Positions 50,859 through 59,048 of a stretch of 64,000 nucleotides of DNA are shown here, piece after piece. The position numbers were made by a program, and so were the translations under genes. Below the pieces are notes generated by a model. It was not told where the DNA came from. It was given only the letters and a program-made list of their open reading frames with translations, and ran no database searches. This DNA is from Myxococcota bacterium (GTDB lineage: Bacteria > Myxococcota_A > UBA796 > SXON01). The DNA is taken from positions 1 to 64,000 of the forward strand of contig JAZKFH010000067.1 of NCBI GenBank assembly GCA_040386535.1, read 5' to 3'. How positions within the stretch are numbered: position 1 is the first letter of the stretch; the number at the start of each line of letters is the position of its first letter.

Positions 50859-51557
50859 TCATAAGGACCCCGGTAGTCCCGCCTCTCGCCGCTTCCGCAG
50901 CCTCCCCTCCGCCTCCTCCACCACCCCCCACCCCCGCACGGCCGTCTTCCGATACCGCTCGATCATCCGTTCCTGCTCCTCGACCGGCTGCCCGTCGAAC
51001 AGCCCCCAGATCACGGACTCCTCCTCGAGCGGAAAGGTCCACCCGAGCTCCTGCGCATAGCGATGCGCACGCGCAAGCGTGCCCAACGCGTGCTTCCCGT
51101 TGACCAGAGGCTGGAGAAGCAGCACCTCGCGTCGGTCCACGGACGTGCAGGCCAGCGGATGGACGACCGCGCGCAGCCGCCCTCCTTCAAGCTCGACCCC
51201 GACGGCCGAGAGCGCCAGGTCGAAGCGCCCGAGGCGCCCCTCCAGCGTCGGGGGCTCGGCGTGGTCCGGCACCTCGATCTCCCGCCCGGCGAGGAAGAAG
51301 ACGTCGGCGTAGGCATGCCGATTGCCCCGCAGGGCGCCCCGGTCGAGCAGGCGCTGCACGAGCGCGGTCCGGTCGTCCGGCGTGGGTGACCAGAGGTCGA
51401 GATCCCGCGGCGGCCGGCCGTGGAGGAGCGTCTTGAACACTCCGCCCGCCAGGAACACCCGCCCGGGTAGATCCAGCCCGATGGTGGCCGTCAGCTCGGC
51501 TTCGGCAAAGGCCAGCACACGTGGCTCGGCCAGGGGGTGTGGGTCGGTCAAGGCCAT
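50859..51557 (-). CDS. Nucleotidyltransferase, CCA/poly(A)-polymerase head-like
   Basis: VFLAGGVFKTLL.GRPPRDLDLW and RFDLALSAVG (cf. RDFTINA), R..RY at C-terminus. Confidence 0.7.
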   Translation of the reverse strand: MALTDPHPLAEPRVLAFAEAELTATIGLDLPGRVFLAGGVFKTLLHGRPPRDLDLWSPTPDDRTALVQRLLDRGALRGNRHAYADVFFLAGREIEVPDHAEPPTLEGRLGRFDLALSAVGVELEGGRLRAVVHPLACTSVDRREVLLLQPLVNGKHALGTLARAHRYAQELGWTFPLEEESVIWGLFDGQPVEEQERMIERYRKTAVRGWGVVEEAEGRLRKRREAGLPGSL

Positions 51558-52192
51558 GGCATCACCCGGGTGTGGCCCCGCCACGTGAACGCGAGCGTGC
51601 CGTCGGCGGGGACCACGGCGAGCGCTTCAAGGAACGTCGGCCATGCCGACGGGGGGAAGAGGCCGCCGATCGTGTGCGCGAGGGTGGCGGTCAGGAGCGA
51701 GTCGTGGGTCACGAACACGTGCGCGCCGGGGCGATCCGCCGCGACGGTGACCATGTGGGTGACGAGGGCATGCGCGGCCTCGTGAGGGACGGCGAACCCG
51801 GGCAGCCGCTCGCCCGCGACGAGCGCAGCCATCACGCCCTCGTGGCCGAGACGGATCCAACTCTCCCAGGCGACGGGCGGGTCGAGCACGAAGGCGCCCG
51901 GGGCGCCGAGGCGGGGGTCCATCGTGACCTCCCGCACGTACGCAGCCCGGTCGGCGAGCGCTTCGGCGGTCTGGATGCAGCGCGGGACGGGGCTGCTCCG
52001 CAGGGTGACGACCCGCCCGCGCAGGCACTCCCCGAGCGCACGAGCGGACGCGACGCCCTCCGGCAGCAGCGGAACACCGTCGCCGGTCGTGTTCGCCAGG
52101 ATCGGGCCGCGGGCGGCGTGCCGCAGCAGGAGGAGCAAGGGCCGCTCCGGGTCCATACGCTCCAGGAGCGCCCGCGTGGAGGCGGGCGGCAC
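51548..52192 (-). CDS. Histidine phosphatase superfamily protein
   Basis: LLRHAAR, SSPVPRCIQTA, VTHD. Confidence 0.9.
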   Translation of the reverse strand: MPPASTRALLERMDPERPLLLLLRHAARGPILANTTGDGVPLLPEGVASARALGECLRGRVVTLRSSPVPRCIQTAEALADRAAYVREVTMDPRLGAPGAFVLDPPVAWESWIRLGHEGVMAALVAGERLPGFAVPHEAAHALVTHMVTVAADRPGAHVFVTHDSLLTATLAHTIGGLFPPSAWPTFLEALAVVPADGTLAFTWRGHTRVMPWP

Positions 52193-54780
52193 TACACCCC
52201 CTCCGCGACGAGCACGCTGCTGACCGAGGGGAGCGGACGCACCTCCCGGAGCGCGAACCCCGTGCGCGCCAGGAGCGCGCGGAACATCGCCTCCGTGCGC
52301 TCACTGCCGCCGGTCGCGAGCAACATGTGCAGGTCCAGCAGCGCACCGTCGAACCCCTCGGCAGGGCGCACCATCTCAACGATGTAGAGGCGGCCGCCGG
52401 GCAGGAGCGCGGCGCGGGCCCGACGAAGGATCGCGGCGGCGGCGGCGTCGTTCCAGTCGTGGAGCACGCGGGCGAGCACGAGGGCGTCCGCCCGGAGCTC
52501 CCACGGTTCGAACAGGTCTCCGGCGACGAACGTGAGCCGCCCTTCCAGGTCCGCGGGGGGCGCCGCCGCCGAGGCGACGACCTCGGGTCGATCGAGCACG
52601 AACGCCCTGAGCGCGGGGGCGGCCCGCAGGACGGCCAGGGCGAGCGCGCCGTGCCCCCCGCCGGCGTCGACGAGGACGTGGTGTCCGGGGTCGAGCACGG
52701 CGGGCAGCCCGGCGTAGTCGTGCCGGGCGTAGGGGGCCATCGCGGCGTGGTAGGCGCGCACGCGGTCGGCGTCGGCTGCCTGGGCGGCGAAGGGGTCCGC
52801 GGGTCGCCACGCGGGGTCGGCGAGCGCCTGGGGCAGCGCGGCCCATGCGGCGCGCCCATCCTGCGCCCAGTACCGCGCCGCGGCGCCCAGGGAGAGCGGG
52901 TGATCCGCCCGCATGAGGGCCCCCCGCTCCGTGGCGATCCAGGCGCCGTCGCGTCGTGCCACGAATCCCATCTCTCCAAGCGCCGCGAGGAGACGCCGAC
53001 GGGGTTCACCCCCCACCTCGGCGTCCGTCAGGGGGAGCGCGTCGAAGAGGCCGAGCCCGACGGCGGCGGAGAGGGTGTCGGCGCGCCAAGTCACGAGGTC
53101 CGCGGAGACGGCGGAGAACGCGGCGGGGGCCGCCACCCCCTCGGCCACCGCCTCCACCCCACCTCCGTGCCACAGCCGATCCACGCCCATGGCCGCCGCG
53201 GCCTCCCGCGCCTGCGCGAGGGTCTGCACGAGCGGCTCGCCGCGCCGGTTGAACGAGGTGTTCACGAGACACGGGATGTGGTGGCGCGCCCAGAGCGCTT
53301 CGAGGAGCCGACGGATCGGCGCCAGCGCGGGCCCGTGTCCGACGACCTGGACCCGCGCGGTGCCATCCACGTGGACGACCCCGGGCGCCTCCGCGAGGGC
53401 CTCGGGACGCGCCCGAAACCGACCCAACATCCACGGGGCCAGCTGGCTCCGTGACGGGGAGCCCTCGAAGAGCGCATCCGCGCGCTCGGCGAGGACGATC
53501 GGCGCGACGGGCCGCCAGGGCTCGCGGCCCTTCCGCTCGACGCTCACCCGACGCGCGTCCTCCACGGTCGGCCGGGCCAGCAGGGAGCGCCGTCCGAGCG
53601 CCCTCGGCCCGACCTCCGCCGCGCCGAGGCAGGTGCCGACGATCTCCCCTCTGGCGAGGGCGTCGGCGAGCGCGGCGATCTCGGCGTCGGAGGCGTGGCC
53701 GAGCGCGGGGGCGTCGAGGTCGTCGAGGAACGGGGCGTGCCGATTAAGAGCGTCGCCACGCAGGAACGCGACGAGCGCCGCAGCGCCGAGCGCGAGGCCG
53801 TCATCTCCCGCGCACGGAGGGACGAGAACGTCGTCGAACCACCCCGCGTCCACGATGCGCTGGTTGGTCGGGAGGTTGAGGGCGCCCCCGCCCGACAGTA
53901 CGAGGTGACGCGCCCCCGTCGCCACCGCAAAGCGCTCGACATAGGCGAGCACTTCCTCCTCGAAGCGCGCCTGGAAACATGCCGCCACCGTGTGGAGGAG
54001 CGGATCCATCGGATCGAGCCGACCCGTCCACCCGCGCTCGCGGCGGGCGGCGTCCTCGAACGCAGCGGGGCCCAGGCGCATCCGCGCGAACCATCCGTGA
54101 GTGTCGAGCCACGAGCGGACCTCGGGATCCGGCGTACCCCACGCCGCCAGCCCCATGAGCTTTCCGGGTACGTCGAGGAACTCCCGCCACGTGTGACCGA
54201 CCATCGCCTGGGCGAGGTTGTTTGTCGCGTAGCCCGCGACCGCGTCGGCGAGGTCCCAGCCGTGGTGCAGGGGGACGAGCCTCCCGTCGATCCAGCGCCA
54301 CGCGGAGCAGCACGAGCGGCTCGCGGCCCCGTCGACGTGGATCAGCAACGTCCCGTCCTCCCACCCGCCCGAAAAAGGCAGGGAGGCGCCGAGGTGGGCC
54401 AGCTCGTGCGGGACGATCCACGCTTCCATCTCGCGGCCATCGACGTGAGAACGCGCGCGCACGGGCCCGGTCGCAAGATCGGTGGCCGGGGCCGCCTCGA
54501 CGCGCCAGCGGCCGCCTGAGGAGACGAACGCCCGGCCGACGAAGCTGTCCGCGCAGGCCAGGACGGCCTCCTCGCCGCGGGAGAGGAAGCCTCGGGGCGC
54601 CAGCGCCTCGATGTGCACGTGCAGGCGGTTGTCGTGCCGGCGGCGCGTGTACCGTTCGAGCGCGAGGTGATGGACGACGCGCCCCCCTTCGAGGCGGCAG
54701 ATCGCGTGGTCGTGGGTTTCGAGCGGCGAGGGACCGTCCTGCCGTTCCTGGATGCCGTAGAGGCCGACGATGGGGGTCAC
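52192..54780 (-). CDS. Carbamoyltransferase (NodU/CmcH/TobZ family) fused to O-methyltransferase family 2
   Basis: HD..ERYTRRRH, HELAH, VDG, GKLMGLA, SGGGALN, DDGLALG, GPRALGRRS, KGREPWRP, HVDGTARVQ, NTSFN..GEP; then DAGGGHG, GDLF, RVLHDWND, GGSERT. Confidence 0.9.
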   Translation of the reverse strand: MTPIVGLYGIQERQDGPSPLETHDHAICRLEGGRVVHHLALERYTRRRHDNRLHVHIEALAPRGFLSRGEEAVLACADSFVGRAFVSSGGRWRVEAAPATDLATGPVRARSHVDGREMEAWIVPHELAHLGASLPFSGGWEDGTLLIHVDGAASRSCCSAWRWIDGRLVPLHHGWDLADAVAGYATNNLAQAMVGHTWREFLDVPGKLMGLAAWGTPDPEVRSWLDTHGWFARMRLGPAAFEDAARRERGWTGRLDPMDPLLHTVAACFQARFEEEVLAYVERFAVATGARHLVLSGGGALNLPTNQRIVDAGWFDDVLVPPCAGDDGLALGAAALVAFLRGDALNRHAPFLDDLDAPALGHASDAEIAALADALARGEIVGTCLGAAEVGPRALGRRSLLARPTVEDARRVSVERKGREPWRPVAPIVLAERADALFEGSPSRSQLAPWMLGRFRARPEALAEAPGVVHVDGTARVQVVGHGPALAPIRRLLEALWARHHIPCLVNTSFNRRGEPLVQTLAQAREAAAAMGVDRLWHGGGVEAVAEGVAAPAAFSAVSADLVTWRADTLSAAVGLGLFDALPLTDAEVGGEPRRRLLAALGEMGFVARRDGAWIATERGALMRADHPLSLGAAARYWAQDGRAAWAALPQALADPAWRPADPFAAQAADADRVRAYHAAMAPYARHDYAGLPAVLDPGHHVLVDAGGGHGALALAVLRAAPALRAFVLDRPEVVASAAAPPADLEGRLTFVAGDLFEPWELRADALVLARVLHDWNDAAAAAILRRARAALLPGGRLYIVEMVRPAEGFDGALLDLHMLLATGGSERTEAMFRALLARTGFALREVRPLPSVSSVLVAEGV

Positions 54781-55760
54781 GTCGCCCTCCGCCACGCCGC
54801 GCGCCAGGTGCTCGTGCGCCACGCCGGCGCCTCCAGCAGGTACGGGCGTCTCCAGCCGCCCCACGGCGCGCGCTCGCGTGGCGGCGCCACTCCGGCGATC
54901 CGTCCGATCCATCGCCGCGCCTCGGCCCGCTCCCCACGCACGAGGTGCAGCCGCACGAGGTCCGCGCCCGCCTCGGCGCGCATGCCGTCGCCGAGCGTCC
55001 CCTCCACCAGGTGGCGGATCGCCTCGGCCGTCTCCCCCGTCGCCGCGAGCGCGAGCCCGAGCAGACGATGGGACTCGCCCCGGTGGAAGCGGTAGTCGGT
55101 CGGGCCGGCGAGGTACGCACGCAACGCGGGGAGGCTCTCCCCGACGCGGCCCTCCTCCCACGCGCTCCGGGCCCGGTAGTACAGGAGGTGCGGATCGCCC
55201 GGCGTGCGCGCGAGGTGGCGGGCCGCAAGGTCCGCGTAGCCCCGGGCCCGCTCGGCCGGACGGTGCAGGAACACCGCCCCGCTCGCTGCGATCGCGCGCC
55301 GACGCTCTCCCACCGGCACGAGCCGCTCGTGGAGCGGGCTCACCCAACGGAAACGGTCGGCGCGGAAGAGGCGCGGGAACCAATGTTGGTTCGTCGGGCT
55401 GTAACGACGTCGGACGTAAACGATGTCGGCCTCTTCGCGCTCTGCCCGCTGGATGGTCCACGCGAGCCACTCCTGCGGACGGCCGCGGGCCACATGCAGC
55501 CGCTCGTCGGCGTCGAGGCGCAGAATCCAATCATACCGGGCGTGCCGTTGCGCCACGGAGCGGGCGACGGCGAAGTCTCCGACCCACGGCACCTCGAACA
55601 CGCGCGCGCCCACCGCGGCGGCGAGGTCGAGGGTGCCATCTCCGGAGCCCGTGTCACACACCACCAGGTCGGACATGGCGCCGAGGCTGGCGAGCGCGCC
55701 GGGGAGCCGGCACGCTTCGTCACGGACGATCATCACGACACTGAGCGGGAGCTTCAGCAC
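54777..55760 (-). CDS. Glycosyltransferase family 2 with C-terminal TPR
   Basis: SVVMIVRDE, DTGSGDGT, W.GDFAVAR, WILRLDADE, HE; TPR-like LYYRAR.. Confidence 0.88.
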   Translation of the reverse strand: MLKLPLSVVMIVRDEACRLPGALASLGAMSDLVVCDTGSGDGTLDLAAAVGARVFEVPWVGDFAVARSVAQRHARYDWILRLDADERLHVARGRPQEWLAWTIQRAEREEADIVYVRRRYSPTNQHWFPRLFRADRFRWVSPLHERLVPVGERRRAIAASGAVFLHRPAERARGYADLAARHLARTPGDPHLLYYRARSAWEEGRVGESLPALRAYLAGPTDYRFHRGESHRLLGLALAATGETAEAIRHLVEGTLGDGMRAEAGADLVRLHLVRGERAEARRWIGRIAGVAPPRERAPWGGWRRPYLLEAPAWRTSTWRAAWRRAT

Positions 55761-56569
55761 GGCACGCCCCGGATCCGCACCCAGAGCGGCACCTCCATCG
55801 TCTTCTCGTGCCACACCCCGTGCTCCCAGAGGCCGTCCTCCCCCCAGCAGTCGCCGTGGTCGGCACACGCCAGGATCGTCGCCCCGCCGAAGGCGGCCAG
55901 CAGGGAGCCCAGTGCCGCGTCGGACCACGCAAGGCAGGCGGACTGGCGCGTGCGGCAGGTCGCCGCGTCGTTCCGCTCCCCAAACGGCACACAGGGGTTG
56001 TCCCGGGGGCTCCACGTCGCGCCGGGATGCCAATAGGGCACGTGGGTCTCCCCGACGTTCACGAACACGAACGCAGGCCGGTCCTCGACCGCGTCGAGCT
56101 GCGCCTCCAACCACGCGAGCTGCGCCGGCAGCGCCCCGGGCCCGCGCACGTGGTGGAAGATGTCGAAGTCCGCCACGAGCCCGCGGCCGGGCTCGGTGTC
56201 CGTGTCGAACCAGGCCACGGATCCCGTGCCGATCACCGCGTGGCCGCGGCGCCGGAAGCCCTCCAGGATCGTGCGGCCTTCCAACACGAACACGTCGCCC
56301 GGCTGCGCGGGCGCCCTGGCGTTGGCGAGGCGGAACAGCCGCCCCGCCTTGGGGTTGAGCACCGGCTGCGTCGTCTCGGCGATGCCGGGCGTGGTCCCGA
56401 CCCACATCGAGGCGTGCGACGCGAAGGTGAAGTGCCCGGGCGCCATGGCCCGCCGCAGCGGCCCGATCGCGGCGAGGTGTGGCGTGGGCGTCGCCGCCGC
56501 CGTGTCGTACCGGCAGGAGTCGAGCGTGAGGAGCAGAACCGACTCGGGGTGCGCAGGCCGGAACGTCAT
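55754..56569 (-). CDS. Alkaline-phosphatase/sulfatase-superfamily metalloenzyme (STM4013-like)
   Basis: LTLDSCRYD, APGHFTFASH, NVGETHVPY, ADHGDCWGEDG..H..VP. Confidence 0.82.
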   Translation of the reverse strand: MTFRPAHPESVLLLTLDSCRYDTAAATPTPHLAAIGPLRRAMAPGHFTFASHASMWVGTTPGIAETTQPVLNPKAGRLFRLANARAPAQPGDVFVLEGRTILEGFRRRGHAVIGTGSVAWFDTDTEPGRGLVADFDIFHHVRGPGALPAQLAWLEAQLDAVEDRPAFVFVNVGETHVPYWHPGATWSPRDNPCVPFGERNDAATCRTRQSACLAWSDAALGSLLAAFGGATILACADHGDCWGEDGLWEHGVWHEKTMEVPLWVRIRGVPC

Positions 56570-57789
56570 GGGAGGAGCCGGGCGCGGGCGCGCGTGAGGG
56601 TGGTCTCGGGGAGGGCGGTGTCCGCAACCAAGCGTGCCAGGCCGTAGGTCTCGGCCGCGGCGAGCGCGCCGGCGAGGCGCCGGACGTCGACCAACTGGCC
56701 GGAGGCGAGGTAGTCGGCCTCGATGCGGGCGCGCGGCACGCCGAGCCAGGTGCCGAGCAACGCCACGAGGACGCCGGTGCGATCCACCCCCGCGTGGCAA
56801 TGGATCAGCACGGGGCCTTCGTCCGCGGCGATGGCTTCCAGGAGCGCGCCGAGCGCGGGTGCGCTTCGCGACACGATGTGGACGTAGGCCGCGTCGAGCC
56901 CTCCGGACTCCGCCACGCCCTGGGGGTTGGCGAGGTCGAGCGGGCAGGCGGCGCAGCCGGCCACGTCGTCGGGGTAGGGCACCGCGGCGCGCTCGGTTGG
57001 CCCTCGCAGGTCGACGAAGCGGCTCAGGGCGTTCGTCTCCGCCCATCCCCAGAAGCCTTCGTCCGAATACGCCATCGGCGAGCGCCCGCGCAACAGCACG
57101 CCCGGGCGCACGTGGGGTGCCCACCACGTGGCGACGTCCCGGAGATTCCAGAAGCGGTCGGCCTCGAGCGCAGGGGCCAGCCGCTCGATCTCCACCGAGA
57201 GGGCGGTCGCCGCCGGCGTTCCCAACCAATCGGCGGCCTCCCGCGCGAACACAAGGAGCCGCCGCAGGTCGCCGAGGCTGTCACGCAAGTTCAGGCCCGC
57301 GCGGAGGCCGGCGAGCGTTTCCCGGAGCGGGCGGGGCAGGCGAGCGCGGATCGGGGGGAACGTCTCTCCGGGCATCGGCGCTCCACCCGTAGCGGCCCAG
57401 AGGTACCGCATCAGCGCAGCGATCGCGTCGTTCGTCCCCTGCCAACACGCGATCGAGTGGCCTGCCCGCCGGGCGTGTACCGCGCGATCGAAAGCTTCGG
57501 CGAACGCCGCGACGAACGCGGTGGGGCCGTCGTTACCGTCGATGCCGGGAACCTCGATCTCGATCCGCTCTCCCGCGTGCGTACGGACGAGGAGGAAGCC
57601 GGGGTGCACGGTGCACCGACACCCCGCCTCCGTGAGGCGGGCGCTGATGTCGAGAGCGTCCCCCGTCGCCCGGATCCGCGCCCAACCCAGCGGCTTCCCG
57701 TGCAACCCTTCGTCGCGAAGAGGGAGCCGCTCGTGTGGCCCCACGCGATCGCCGATCAACATATCCAATCCATGTGGAAGCAGGGTCAT
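56566..57789 (-). CDS. Tyrosine/lipid phosphatase (PTP fold) with unknown N-terminal domain
   Basis: NLRD, RPGVLLR, VDLR..E, HCHAGVDRTG (CX5R), DYLAS. Confidence 0.85.
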   Translation of the reverse strand: MTLLPHGLDMLIGDRVGPHERLPLRDEGLHGKPLGWARIRATGDALDISARLTEAGCRCTVHPGFLLVRTHAGERIEIEVPGIDGNDGPTAFVAAFAEAFDRAVHARRAGHSIACWQGTNDAIAALMRYLWAATGGAPMPGETFPPIRARLPRPLRETLAGLRAGLNLRDSLGDLRRLLVFAREAADWLGTPAATALSVEIERLAPALEADRFWNLRDVATWWAPHVRPGVLLRGRSPMAYSDEGFWGWAETNALSRFVDLRGPTERAAVPYPDDVAGCAACPLDLANPQGVAESGGLDAAYVHIVSRSAPALGALLEAIAADEGPVLIHCHAGVDRTGVLVALLGTWLGVPRARIEADYLASGQLVDVRRLAGALAAAETYGLARLVADTALPETTLTRARARLLP

Positions 57790-59048
57790 TCGGTACCTCC
57801 GAGCGCCGACCAGGCGCCCACCAATGTGTCGACCAACGTTTCGACGGGCAGGGTTCCGTCCAGGCGCAACCCGCGCCACCCCGGCTGGATCTCCCAGAAC
57901 CCGGCGTCAAAGTCCGCCCGGAGCTTGGCCTCCATCCGGTCGTCGAAGGCCCCGGGCGCGATCCCCCAATCCGGGAGCGGCACCGTCGACGTCCTCCGTG
58001 CGAGCCGCTCGGCGCGCACGCCGCCCGGCGTGTCGATCCACACGGTGAGGAGGGTGTCACCGGCTTCGCGGAGGGCCTGCCGGACCGCCACGCGGTGATA
58101 CCCCGCCGCCGAGAATTCGTAGATCGCGGCATTCGGGGCATGGCAGGCGCGGAGGAAGGCGCTGCGCGCGAGGTAGTCGCCCGCCACGGTGCCGTCCGCG
58201 AGGGCGTTCCGGAAGGTGTCGAGCCGGTGGACGGGCACCCCCAGGCGCGCGACGAGGGCGTCACCAACGGTGGTCTTGCCCGCGCCAGGCAGCCCAACCA
58301 GCAGGAGCTTGCGGTAGCGGACCGTGCCATCGCGTCTGTCCGAGCCGCCACGCAACTCCACGATCGTCTCGCCGCGCTCGTCCACCACCTCCAGCCCCCC
58401 ATCGGCACGCTCAACGCGCGCCTGGCCGTTATAGAACGGCTCCACCATCGCGAAGCGACGGCGGTAGGTGGACGCCCCCGTACCGTCGATGTGCGCCCAG
58501 CCGGCCTCGTCCCTCGCCCGGGCGTACCCCTTGTGGAACACGTCCAGATCGAGGAACCAACGTCCGTGGACCAGGGCTCCCGCCGCGTCCACGTGGGTCG
58601 AGCGGCCGTCGTCCCCCATGACGACTGCGACGCCGTCCTTGAAGTCGCCAGCGTACCGCCACGCGCGCCCGACGCTGTCACCCTGCGCGTCGAGGTGGTG
58701 GTACCGCCCGTGTGCATCGCGCACCGTCACGCGACACTCCTGCACGTTCCCACACCACGCCCAACGCCGGTGATAGGCGGGCGCTCCGTCGGGTCGGACG
58801 TGGAACCACCCGTCGTCCCCCTCCACGGCCGCCAGGCCCTCGTAGAAGCCGAACGCCCTCTTAAAGCGCGCCACGTAGACCGGAATCCCGTTCGGATCGA
58901 TGTGGAACGCGCCAGACTCGTTCAGGGCGGGCGCGAGCCCAGGCGCGTGGAACTTGCCGACGGCGTGGTAACGAGCCGTGTACGCCGGCTGCCCGTCCCG
59001 GCGATGGTGGGTGCCATCCGGTGCCGCGGAGGGCCACGCGCCGGTCAC
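57786..59048 (-). CDS. WG-repeat protein fused to P-loop nucleotide/small-molecule kinase
   Basis: Repeats FYEGLAAV..GWFHV..DG..Y, FKDGVAVV, FHKGYARA..GWAHI, FYNGQARV; C-terminal LVGLPGAGKTT. Confidence 0.82.
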   Translation of the reverse strand: MTGAWPSAAPDGTHHRRDGQPAYTARYHAVGKFHAPGLAPALNESGAFHIDPNGIPVYVARFKRAFGFYEGLAAVEGDDGWFHVRPDGAPAYHRRWAWCGNVQECRVTVRDAHGRYHHLDAQGDSVGRAWRYAGDFKDGVAVVMGDDGRSTHVDAAGALVHGRWFLDLDVFHKGYARARDEAGWAHIDGTGASTYRRRFAMVEPFYNGQARVERADGGLEVVDERGETIVELRGGSDRRDGTVRYRKLLLVGLPGAGKTTVGDALVARLGVPVHRLDTFRNALADGTVAGDYLARSAFLRACHAPNAAIYEFSAAGYHRVAVRQALREAGDTLLTVWIDTPGGVRAERLARRTSTVPLPDWGIAPGAFDDRMEAKLRADFDAGFWEIQPGWRGLRLDGTLPVETLVDTLVGAWSALGGTE

